Source: an uncultured Actinomycetota bacterium
GTDB lineage: Bacteria; Actinomycetota; Acidimicrobiia; Acidimicrobiales; SZUA-35
DNA: 64,000 bases
Direction of reading: 5' to 3'
NCBI GenBank assembly: GCA_963732695.1
Contig: CAVTAP010000026.1
Coordinates: 268,388-332,387 of the forward strand
The notes below the pieces were generated by a model. It was not told where the DNA came from and ran no database searches. It saw nothing but the letters and a program-made list of their open reading frames with translations. How positions within the stretch are numbered: the stretch's first letter is position 1; each line of letters starts with the position of its first letter. The translations under genes and the position numbers were made by a program. Below are positions 46,333-56,210 of the stretch, piece by piece.

Positions 46333-46781
46333 CCGCCGACGAGATCATCGCCACCCTGGGCCTGGAGCCCCTCCCCTGCGAGGGCGGCCACTGGACCCAG
46401 ATCTGGATCGACCACAACGTCACCGCCATCTACTTCCTGCTCCGGCCCGACGACTTCTCGGCCTTCCACCGGCCGGGCGGGATCGAGCAGTACCACCACT
46501 ACGCCGGCGCCCCGGCCGAGCTGTGGCAGCTCCGGCCCGACGGCACCTCGGGGCTCGATGTGCTCGGTTCCGAACTGGCCGCCGGCCAGCGGCCGACGGT
46601 GGTGGTGCCCGACGGGGTGTGGCAGGCGTCGCGCACCCTGGGCGACTGGAGCCTGCTGGGGTGCACGATGGCGCCGCCGTTCCGCTGGGAGGCGATGGAG
46701 CTGGCCGACCGGGATGTACTGCTGGGCTCCCACCCCGACCGGGCGGTCCTGATCCGCTCGCTCACCCGGGCCCAGCCGTGA
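46329..46781 (+). CDS. cupin-fold protein (DUF985-like)
   Basis: GTG at 46329 overlaps the permease stop (GTGA). The product reads LGLEPLPCEGGHWTQIW...IYFLL...FHR....EQYHHYAG. Confidence 0.65.
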   Translation: MTADEIIATLGLEPLPCEGGHWTQIWIDHNVTAIYFLLRPDDFSAFHRPGGIEQYHHYAGAPAELWQLRPDGTSGLDVLGSELAAGQRPTVVVPDGVWQASRTLGDWSLLGCTMAPPFRWEAMELADRDVLLGSHPDRAVLIRSLTRAQP

Positions 46782-47524
46782 TCGACCTCACCGGCCGGGT
46801 GGCCCTGGTCACCGGGGCCGCCGGGGGAATCGGGGCCGGGATCACGGCCGCCTTTCTGGAGGCTGGGGCCACGGTGGTGGCGGCGTGGCACACCCGACCG
46901 CCGGCCGAGCCGCCCGGTGGAGCGGCCGGTGACGGCCGCTGGCTGGCGGTGGCGGCCGACCTCACCGCCCCCGACGGGCCCGACCGCCTCGTGAGCGCCG
47001 CCGTCGGCCGCTTCGGCCGGCTCGACGCCCTCGTCAACAACGCCGCCCGTCAGGACCTGGAGCCGCTGGCCACCATGACCGACGACCAGTTCCGGGCCAT
47101 GCTCGACACCAATCTGGTGGCCGTCCACCGCCTCACCCAGCGGGCCGTGCCCGAGCTGGCCCGCACCGGGGGCGCGGTGGTGACGATCGCCTCCATCGAG
47201 GCCGCCACCCCGGCCCCGGCCCACGCCCACTACGCCGTGTCGAAGGCGGCGGTGGTCATGCAGGCCAAGGCGGCGGCCCTGGAGCACGGCCCGCTCGGGG
47301 TACGGGTCAACACCGTGTCACCGGGCCTGGTCGACCGCCCGGGCCTGGCCACCGACTGGCCCGAAGGGGTGGAGCGGTGGGAGCGGGCCGCCCCCTTGGG
47401 CCGCCTGGGCACCCCGGCCGACGTCGGCGCCGCCTGCGTGTTCCTGTGCTCGCCCCTGGCCGCCTGGATCACCGGCACCGACCTCACCGTCGACGGCGGT
47501 GTCAGCGTCAACCCCCACTGGTAA
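46778..47524 (+). CDS. SDR-family oxidoreductase
   Basis: GTG at 46778 overlaps the cupin stop (GTGA). The product has VALVTGAAGGIGAGI, NNAA and YAVSKAAVVMQ. Confidence 0.85.
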   Translation: MIDLTGRVALVTGAAGGIGAGITAAFLEAGATVVAAWHTRPPAEPPGGAAGDGRWLAVAADLTAPDGPDRLVSAAVGRFGRLDALVNNAARQDLEPLATMTDDQFRAMLDTNLVAVHRLTQRAVPELARTGGAVVTIASIEAATPAPAHAHYAVSKAAVVMQAKAAALEHGPLGVRVNTVSPGLVDRPGLATDWPEGVERWERAAPLGRLGTPADVGAACVFLCSPLAAWITGTDLTVDGGVSVNPHW

Positions 47525-47528
47525 GCGA

Positions 47529-47576
47529 ATTCTCCTCATGGGGCGTCTCGCCGGTGAGACGCTCCATGAGGAGAAT
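47529..47576. repeat. intergenic palindromic element, family I copy F
   Basis: ATTCTCCTCATGGGGCGTCTCGCC|GGTGAGACGCTCCATGAGGAGAAT. All 24 arm positions pair (22 Watson-Crick plus 2 G-T). It lies between convergent gene ends (SDR stop 47524, putA stop 47584). Confidence 0.85.
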
Positions 47577-47583
47577 CCGGTGG

Positions 47584-50500
47584 TCAGGTGACGACGGTGC
47601 CGAAGCGGTGGGTGGTGCGGCTGATGGCCTGCTCCCGCAGGTAGTGGCGCAGCTCCAGGTAGCCGTCGGCCGTCACCGGGTCGTCGGCCAGGTGCACTCC
47701 CCGCTCGGCCGCCCCCCGGCGCAGCGTGTCCGATACCTCACCCACGGCCCGCACCCGGGCCACCCCCTGGGGCCCGAGCCGGGCCAGGAACGCTTCGTCG
47801 GTCTCGGTCTCGATCCTCGACACCAGCGTGGGCACCCCGCACACCTCGGCCGCCAGCAGCACCCGGGTGACGGCCAGGGGCGACGAGCCCGGCCCCACCC
47901 GGATCGCCACCACCGGCAGGGGCCGGTAGCGGAACACGTTCGCCTCGCACCACAGGCCGCTCGGGTCCCGGGCCACCGAGTACTCCGTGTCCCACCAGTG
48001 GCGGTCGCTGGCGGCGGCGTCGGCCAGGAACCGCTCGGCCGTGTCGTCGCCCGGCCGGTCGAGGTGCCAGCGCCCGAGTTGGGCCACGTAGTTCGGGCCG
48101 CCGGCCTTGGCTCCCGGCCCCACGCACGACCGCTTCCACCCGCCGAACGGCTGGCGGGCCACGATGGCCCCGGTGATCGACCGGTTCACGTACGCGTTGC
48201 CCACCTCCACCCGCTCGGCCCAGTGGGCCACCTCGGTGGGGTCGAGCGTGTGGATACCGCCGGTGAGCCCGAACGGCACCCCGTTCTGGAGGGCGATGGC
48301 GTCGTCGAGGTCGCGGGCCGCCATCAGGCCCAGCACCGGCCCGAAACACTCGTTCTGGTGGAACCAGGAGCCGGGCCGCACGCCCAGGCGCACCCCGGGC
48401 CGCCACAGCCGCTGGTCAGCGTCGAGCGGTCGGGGCTCCACCAACCACGTCTCGCCGGCGTCGAGGGTGGTCAGCCCCCGGGCCAGCTTCTCGCCGGGCG
48501 GGGCGATCAGGGGCCCCATCACGCTGGATGGGCTGGTGGCCGGGCCCACGGCCAGGCTCTCCACCGCGTCGGCCAACTGGCGGCGGAACCGGGGCGAGTC
48601 GTACACCTCACCCACGCAGATGGCCAGCGAGGCGGCCGAGCACTTCTGGCCGGCGTGCCCGAAGGCCGAGCGGACCAGGTCGGCCACGGCCAGATCGAGG
48701 TCGGCGTTGGGCGTGATCACGATGGCGTTCTTGCCCGACGTCTCGGCGAACAGGGCCAGCTCCGGCTTCCAACTCTGGAACAGCCGGGCCGTCTCGATCG
48801 AGCCGGTGAGGATCACCCCGTCGACCGCGGTGACGAGCCGGCGACCCACCTCGTCGTCGGGGGTGCGGACGAACTGGAGCACGTCGGGCGACACCCCCGC
48901 CTCCCAGCAGCACCGGGCCACCAGCTCGGCGCAGCGGGGGGTCTCGGGGGCCGGCTTGAGGATGGCGGTATTGCCGGCCGCCAGGGCGGCCAGCAGACCC
49001 CCGGCCGGGATGGCCACCGGGAAGTTCCAGGGCGGCACCACCGCCACCACCCCCAGGGGGGCGAAGCGGACGCCGGGCCGGTCCTCCAGCTCGGGGGCCC
49101 GGTCTCCATACCAGCGGGCGAAGTCGACGGCCTCCGACACCTCGGCGTCGGCCTCGGCCGCCGTCTTGCCCGCCTCGTGGACCATGGCCGAGATCAGGGG
49201 TCCCCGCTGGCGGGCCAGCTGGTCGGCCACGGCGTGGAGCACCTTGCGACGAGCGGTGGCGGCGGTGGCGGCCCAGGCCGGGCCGGCGGTGCGGGCCCGG
49301 GTGATCACGGCATCGATCTTGGCCGCCGAGGTGGTCACCGGGGTTTCCACCGGACCCGGCGCGTCGGCCACGGCGGCCGCCATCCAGGTCCGGTTGGCCG
49401 CCAGCACCGGGTCGGTGTCGGGCTCGTTGACGAAGGGGCGGGCCCGCCCGGTGGCGCCGGCTGTTTCCTCGAGGCTGTCGTCGGCCTCGGCGGCGACGGC
49501 GGCCAGCGCGGGGCGGAGCTGCACACGTCGGGGGCGGGCCGCCACCTCCCACCGGTCGGTCACGGCCCGGGCGAACCGCTCGGCCTCCTCGGCGAAGGCG
49601 GGATTGCCGGGCCGGAGGTGGCCCAGCGAGCGCAGGAAGTTGCCGGGGGCGGCGGTCTCGTCGAGCCGGCGGAACAGGTAGCTGATGGCGACGTCGAAGT
49701 CGGCGTCGGCCACGATCGGGGTGTACAGCAGCACCGGCCGGTCCCCGTCAGTCCCGGCCTGCACGGTGCTGTTCTGCCGTGCCGTCCCGGCCTGCACGGT
49801 GCTGTTCTGCCGTGCCGTCCCGGCCTGCACGGTGCTGTTCTGCCGTGCCGTCCCGGCCTGCACGGTGCGGGCCAGGGCCGGGGCCATGCCCTGGAGCATC
49901 TCCAGCTCCACCCGGTCGGCCACGCCCCGGTGGTGGGCCAGCAGGTGGGCCCAGGCCACGTCGAACAGGTTGTGGCTGGCCACGCCGAGGCGCACGCCCC
50001 GGGTGCGGGCCGGGCGGAGCACCCAGTCGAGGCAGCGCTTGAAGTTCGCGTCCACCTCGGCCTTGGTGGCGTAGGGGGCGGGCTGCCAGCCGTGCAGGGT
50101 GGCGTCCACCCGCTCCATGGCCAGGTTGGCCCCCTTCACCAGCCGGACCTTGATCTCGCCCCCGCCGGCCTCCTGGCGGGCGGCGGCCCACGTCACCAGG
50201 TCCCGCAGGGCGGCGAAGCTGTCGGGCAGGTAGGCCTGGAGCACGATCCCAGCCCGCTGGTGGGCCGCCTCGGGCTCGCTCAGCACTCGCTTGAAGGCGG
50301 CCACCGTGAGCTCCAGGTCCCGGTATTCCTCCATGTCGAGGTTGACGAAGGTGGGCGGCGAGCTGGCGGCGGCCCGGCGGAGCAGGAGCCGGAGCCGGTC
50401 GCCCACCCGGTCCAGGCTGCCGTCCCAGTCCCAGTGGTTGAGCTGGGAGGCCACCGACGAGATCTTGACCGATACGTAGTCGACGTCGGGCCGGTCTATC

Positions 50501-51058
50501 AGCGTCGGCCACCGCCGCCAGCCGCCGGGCCGCCTCCCGCTCGCCCAGCACGGCCTCGCCCAACAGGTTGAGGTTCTGGGAGAAGCCCTGGCTGCGCCGC
50601 TCGGCCAGATGGGCGGCCAGGGCGGCCGGCTCGGCGTCGACCACGAGGTGGCCCACCAGCTGGCGGAGCCGGTGGCGGGCCATGGGGATGACCACGCCGG
50701 GCAGCCGGGGCCCGAGCAGGGCGCCCGCCTTCAGTTGGACCTTGTCCCAGCCGGAAAGGAACCGGGGGAGGCGGTGGGCGTTGACGAGTACGGCGAGTTG
50801 GTGGGCGGCCACCGCCGGATTGTCGGGGCGGATCACGCGGTCCACGAAGCCCATGGTGAACGGGACGGCGGCCGGGTCGTCGATCAGTTCCTGCAGGGTG
50901 CGGCTGGGCCCGTCCTCCGGGCGGGGGAGGGCGGCCACGGCCTGGGCCAGCCACTGCCCGGCCAGTTCCACCGCCTCGTCGACCAGGAGGCGGTCCCGTC
51001 CCGGCGGGGTGTCCGACGCTCCGCCGATCCGGCCGGCGGGACCTCCGCTCTCAGCCAC
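47584..51058 (-). pseudogene. putA: bifunctional proline dehydrogenase / L-glutamate-gamma-semialdehyde dehydrogenase, split by a frame change near 50503-50506
   Basis: N-terminal ORF 49748..51058 reads ...SQNLNLLGEAVLGEREAARRLAAVAD. The continuation LIDRPDVDYVSVKISSVASQLNHWDW... lies in ORF 47584..50454, which carries the PRODH barrel end (LEMLQGM) and a complete ALDH domain (FGHAGQKCSAAS, VNRSITGAIVARQPFGGWKRS). Confidence 0.85.
49751..49867. repeat. perfect 33-bp tandem repeat, 3 full copies plus an 18-nt partial copy, in frame inside putA
   Basis: The unit GTCCCGGCCTGCACGGTGCTGTTCTGCCGTGCC occurs at 49751, 49784 and 49817 with no mismatch, and a partial copy runs 49850-49867. It encodes (TVQAGTARQNS)x3 on the minus strand. 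Confidence 0.95.
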
Positions 51059-51066
51059 GGCCGCCC

Positions 51067-51783
51067 GTGCCGCGGTCCGGCCCGGGCCCCGGTTGGGTAC
51101 CGTCAGTGCTCGTGATCGCGGTCTTCGACATCGTCAACTCGCTGCTCGACTGGCTGCAGACGTTCACGTCCAGCCCCTGGTTCTATGCGGTCATCTTCGC
51201 CGTCGCCTTCTTCGACTCGGTGATACCGGTGGTGCCGAGCGAGACGACGGTGATCCTCGGCGGCATCGCCGCCGGCCAGGGCGAGCTGCTGATCGTGCTG
51301 GTCCTCCTCCTGGGGGCCCTGGGGGCCTTCCTCGGCGATTCTACGGCCTACCTGATCGGGAGCCGGTCAGGGGGGTGGATGTCGCGCCTGCTGTTCCGGG
51401 GGGAGAAGGGGGAGCGCCGCCTCGAACAGGCCCGGGAGCAGATCCGCGCCCGTGGTGGGCTGCTGTTGATCACGGCCCGGTTCATACCCGGAGGGCGCAC
51501 GGCCCTCACCTTCTCCTGCGGGCTCACCCACCAGCGGTACTCGTGGTTCGTGCGGTGGGACGCCCTGGCCTGCGTGATCTGGGCCAGCTACGCCGGCCTC
51601 CTCGGCTACTTCTTCGGCGACCGCTTCAAGGACAACCACACCGCCGCCTTCTGGTGGGCCTTCGGCACCGCCCTCGGCGTCACCGTGCTGATCGAAGCCG
51701 TCCGCTGGATCCGTCACCGCCTCACCGGCGAAGAGGAACCCGCCCCCGGCTTCGAGCCCGAACCGTCCGCCTCAGAACAGTGA
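51067..51783 (+). CDS. DedA-family (SNARE-associated) membrane protein
   Basis: The product has FAVAFFDSVIPVVPSETTVILGG, LGDSTAYLIGSR and ITARFIPGGRTALTF. The start is uncertain (GTG 51067, 51106 or 51112). A start at 51067 would be only 8 nt from the putA start. Confidence 0.8.
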   Translation: MPRSGPGPGWVPSVLVIAVFDIVNSLLDWLQTFTSSPWFYAVIFAVAFFDSVIPVVPSETTVILGGIAAGQGELLIVLVLLLGALGAFLGDSTAYLIGSRSGGWMSRLLFRGEKGERRLEQAREQIRARGGLLLITARFIPGGRTALTFSCGLTHQRYSWFVRWDALACVIWASYAGLLGYFFGDRFKDNHTAAFWWAFGTALGVTVLIEAVRWIRHRLTGEEEPAPGFEPEPSASEQ

Positions 51784-52557
51784 CCTGACCGCCCACAGGT
51801 CGGGGAAGGCGGGGTGGAAGAGGGTGGAGCGGAGGTAGGTGACGCCGTCCGACCCGCCGGTGCCGGGCTTGGTCCCGATCGTGCGGTGCACCATCATCAC
51901 GTGGCGGTAGCGCCACTCCTGGAACCCCTCGTCGAGGTCGGTGAACGACTCGCACAGCCGGGCCAGCTCGGCGTCTTCCCGGTAGATGGCGAGCAGCACC
52001 TGCTGCACCCCGTCGGAGGGGGCCACCGGGGCCGTCACGTCCCGCTCCAGCACCTCGGCCGGCACGGCATAGCCCAGGCGGGCCAGGTAGGCCAGGAAGG
52101 CGTCCCATAGGCCGGGGGCGTGGTACCGGCGGGTCAGGTTGGCCCGCTCCCGGGGGTTGTCGACGAAGCGGGCCAGATGGGCCGGGTCCTTCAGGCCGAG
52201 CAGGAACTCGAGCTCGCGGAACTGGGCCGACTGGAACCCGCTGGAGCGGGCCAGGAACGCCCGGAACGACACGAACTCGAGAGGCGTCATCGTCTCCAGC
52301 ACGTCGAGCTGGGCCACCAGCGTCTTGAGGATCTTCAGCACCCGCTTGAGCTGATGGCCGCTGAGGGCGGGGCGGTCTTCGTCGAGGTACTCCACCAGCT
52401 CGTCGAGCTCGTGCAGCACCTCTTTGAACCACAGCTCGTAGATCTGGTGGATGATGATGAACAGCAGCTCGTCGTGCTCCACCGGATCCGACTGGGGCTG
52501 CTGCAGGCTGAGCAGCTCGTCGATCTTCAGGTAGCTCCCGTAGGTGAGCTCGGCCAT
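51772..52557 (-). CDS. kynA: tryptophan 2,3-dioxygenase
   Basis: ATG at 52557. The product has YGSYLKIDELLSLQQP, HDELLFIIIHQIYELWFK, SGFQSAQFRELEF and GTGGSDGVTYL. Confidence 0.9.
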   Translation of the reverse strand: MAELTYGSYLKIDELLSLQQPQSDPVEHDELLFIIIHQIYELWFKEVLHELDELVEYLDEDRPALSGHQLKRVLKILKTLVAQLDVLETMTPLEFVSFRAFLARSSGFQSAQFRELEFLLGLKDPAHLARFVDNPRERANLTRRYHAPGLWDAFLAYLARLGYAVPAEVLERDVTAPVAPSDGVQQVLLAIYREDAELARLCESFTDLDEGFQEWRYRHVMMVHRTIGTKPGTGGSDGVTYLRSTLFHPAFPDLWAVRSLF

Positions 52558-52592
52558 CGGCGGTGCCTCCTCGTCGTCTCGCTCGGGCGGTG

Positions 52593-54022
52593 TCACTCCC
52601 ACGCTGGTAGGGGGCCCAGCGCGTCCACCAGCTCGGCCGCCCGGGTGAAGTCGACCTGGTCGAGGCGGCTGATGCCCACGGTGAGGGCGTCCAACACCTG
52701 CTGCTGGCGCTCGCTGCGCTCTTTGGCCGCGGCGTAGGGCATGGTGGTGAACATCACCATGCCGTAGCGGTCGGCCATCCGGTCGGGGTGGCGCCGTTCC
52801 AGCTCCAGGGCCAGCTCCCGCTGGAGCAGGTAGCGGGGGTCCACCACCCCGGCCCGCATCTCCACGTAGTTGGCCAGGGCCTCCTCGGCGATGGCGTCGG
52901 CGTTGGGCTTGCGGTTGGCCTCGAAGGCCCGGAACGTGGCGGCCACATCGTCGGGCTGTTCCCGCAGGAGCCGGTCGAGGATCCGGCAGCTCTCGAAGGC
53001 CAGGTTCATGCCCTGGCCGTGGAACGGGACGATGGCGTGGGCGGCGTCGCCCACCAGCACGGCGGCGTCGCCGGCGCTCCAGCCGGTGGTGCGGATCGTG
53101 GCCAGCCGGCCCGTGGGGTGGGCCAGGAACTGGTCGACCAGGTCGGGCACGAGCGCCATCACCTCGGGGAACTGCTGGTCGAAGAAGGCGCGCACCGAGG
53201 GCCGGTCGGTCAGGTGCTGGAAGCTGTCGGGCCCGCCGCCGGCCGGCAGGAACAGGGTGACGGTGAAGTTGCCGTCGGGGTTGGGCAGGGCGATCAGCAT
53301 GTGCTCGCCCCGGGGCCAGATGTGCAGGGCGTTGGGTTCCAGGCGGAACGAGCCGCCGGGCCCGGCGGCCAGCGTGAGCTCCTTGTAGCCGTGGCCCAGC
53401 GGCTCGGTGACCACCGTGCCGCCGGCGGCGGCCACCACAGCGTCGCGCACCTCGCTGGCCGAGCCGTCGCAGCCGAACAGGGTGCCGAAGGGGACCTCGA
53501 CGGCATGGCCGGCCCCACCGCCGTCCGGCGTGACGGTGAAGGTGGCCACCCGGCGCGCCAGGTCCACAGCCGTGCACCGGTGGCCGAAGTGCAGTCGCAC
53601 CCGGCCGGTGGCCTCGGCCGCATCGAGCAGGATCCCGTTGAGGGCGGGCCGCGACACCGAGTAGATGACCTCGTCGGGCTGGTTGCTGTAGGCCTGGAAG
53701 TCCACCCGCTCTCGTCCCGCTCGGCGCTTCGCTCGTCTCCGCCGTCGCTGTGCACCATCCGCCCGGCCATGGGCACGGTGATGGCGTGCACCCGCTCCAG
53801 CAGGCCGAGCTGCTGGAGGCAGACGATCCCCCGGGTGGCCAGGGCCAGGTTGATCGATCGCCCGGCCGAGATGTCGACCCGGCGCAGGTCGGGCCGGCTC
53901 TCGTACACGGTGACGTCGTGGCCCTGGCGGGCCAGGTAGAGGGCGAGCATGGCGCCGGCCGGCCCGCCGCCCACCACGGTCACCGCGCCGGTGTCTCCCA
54001 GCGCCCTCCTCGGAGGCGTCAT
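52593..54022 (-). pseudogene. kmo: kynurenine 3-monooxygenase, split by a frame change near 53706-53715
   Basis: The N-terminal frame (ATG 54022) reads VTVVGGGPAGAMLALYLARQGHDVTVYESRPD...SINLALATRG...PMAGRMVH. The rest lies in ORF 52593..53705: DFQAYSNQPDEVIYSVSRPALN...LFGCDGSASEVR...GDAAHAIVPFHGQGMN. Confidence 0.85.
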
Positions 54023-55320
54023 CGGAGGATCGCGTCGAGGATCGTCACGAACCGGTGGATGTCCTCGTAGGACGTGTAGAGGGGCACCGGGGCGATGCGG
54101 ATCACGTCGGGGTGGCGCCAGTCGCAGGCCACCCCGCTGCGCTCCAGCGCCCGCTGCACGCCGTGGCCGTCGTGGCGCTGGTCGGTCACCTGCAGCGACA
54201 CCTGACAGCCCCGCTGGTGGAGGGCCCGGGGGGTGATGGCCCGCACCCGGTCGCCCACCAGCTCGCCGAGCAGGAAGTCGAGGTACGCGAGCTGGCGTTC
54301 GGTCTTGGCCCGGAGCCGGGTCATCGGGCCCCAGGCGTCGAACACGTCGAGCGAGGCCCGCAGGGCGGCCAGGCACAGGATCGGCGGGTTGGACAGGGCC
54401 CACGACTCGACGGTGGGGATGGCCTCGAAGGTGGTGGCCATCTCGAAGCGGGTGTCGGCCCGGGTGCCCCACCAGCCGAGCAGCTTGGGGAGGGCGGGGT
54501 CGGCCACGTGGCGCTGGTGGACGAAGGCCCCGCCCACCCCGCCGGGGCCGCCGTTGAGGTACTTGTAGGTGCACCAGGCGGCGAAGTCGACGTCCCAGTC
54601 GTGCAGGGCGAGAGGGATGTTGCCCACGGCGTGGGCCAGGTCGAAGCCCACCAGGGCGCCCTGAGCGTGGGCCACCCGGGTGATGTCGGCCATCGGCAGC
54701 ACCTGGCCGGTGTAGTACTGCACGCCGGGCAGCAGCACCAGGGCCAGCTCGGGCCCGTGTTGCTCGATGGCGGCCAGGAGGTCGTCGGTGTGGAGCGTGA
54801 GTTCGCCCGGGTGGGGGCCGACCACCACCAGGCTCTGCGCCGGGTCGAAGCCCCGCTGGCGGATCTGGGACTCCACGGCGAAGTGGTCGGACGGGAAGGC
54901 GCCGGCCTCGATCAGGATCTTGTGGCGGGCCGGGGTGGGCCGGTAGAAGCTGATCATCTGCAGATGGAGGTTGGCGGTGAGCGAGTTCATCGTCACCACC
55001 TCCTGGGGGAAGCCGCCCACCAGGGCAGCCATGGAGCCGGTGAGCAGCTGGTGGTAGCTGACCCAGGCCAGGTCGCCCGTCGTGTGGCCGGCCACGCCGA
55101 GGGCGGCCCACCGGTCGAGCTCGATCTCCACCCTGTCCTTGGCGCCCACGGTGGGCAGGCCGAGGGAGTTGCCCACGAGGTAGACCTGCTTGCCGCCGTC
55201 GGGCCCGATGGGGATGTGGAACTGGTCCCGGGCGGCCGCCAGCGGGTCGTGCTCGTCGAGCGAGCGGGCCCACGACACGTCGGTGGAGCTGTCGACGGCC
55301 TCCTCGGCCGGCATGGTCAT
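54019..55320 (-). CDS. kynU: kynureninase
   Basis: 433-aa ORF whose stop overlaps the kmo start (ATGA). It has YLVGNSLGLP, FDLAHAVGNIPL, CTYKYLNGGPGGVGGAFV and IRIAPVPLYTSYEDI. Confidence 0.9.
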   Translation of the reverse strand: MTMPAEEAVDSSTDVSWARSLDEHDPLAAARDQFHIPIGPDGGKQVYLVGNSLGLPTVGAKDRVEIELDRWAALGVAGHTTGDLAWVSYHQLLTGSMAALVGGFPQEVVTMNSLTANLHLQMISFYRPTPARHKILIEAGAFPSDHFAVESQIRQRGFDPAQSLVVVGPHPGELTLHTDDLLAAIEQHGPELALVLLPGVQYYTGQVLPMADITRVAHAQGALVGFDLAHAVGNIPLALHDWDVDFAAWCTYKYLNGGPGGVGGAFVHQRHVADPALPKLLGWWGTRADTRFEMATTFEAIPTVESWALSNPPILCLAALRASLDVFDAWGPMTRLRAKTERQLAYLDFLLGELVGDRVRAITPRALHQRGCQVSLQVTDQRHDGHGVQRALERSGVACDWRHPDVIRIAPVPLYTSYEDIHRFVTILDAILR

Positions 55321-55333
55321 CGTCGCCGCTCCC

Positions 55334-56166
<833 letters not shown>

Positions 56167-56210
56167 GAGGCCTCGGGCCGCCCGGCCGGGCCGGTGGCCC
56201 ACCCGATCTG

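Noticed and set aside
14325-54022. The frame changes as programmed ribosomal frameshifts.
   Set aside because: I saw no slippery heptamer plus downstream structure at the sites. Unrelated gene families are affected, and none of these families is known to use recoding. Indel error or pseudogenisation is far more likely.
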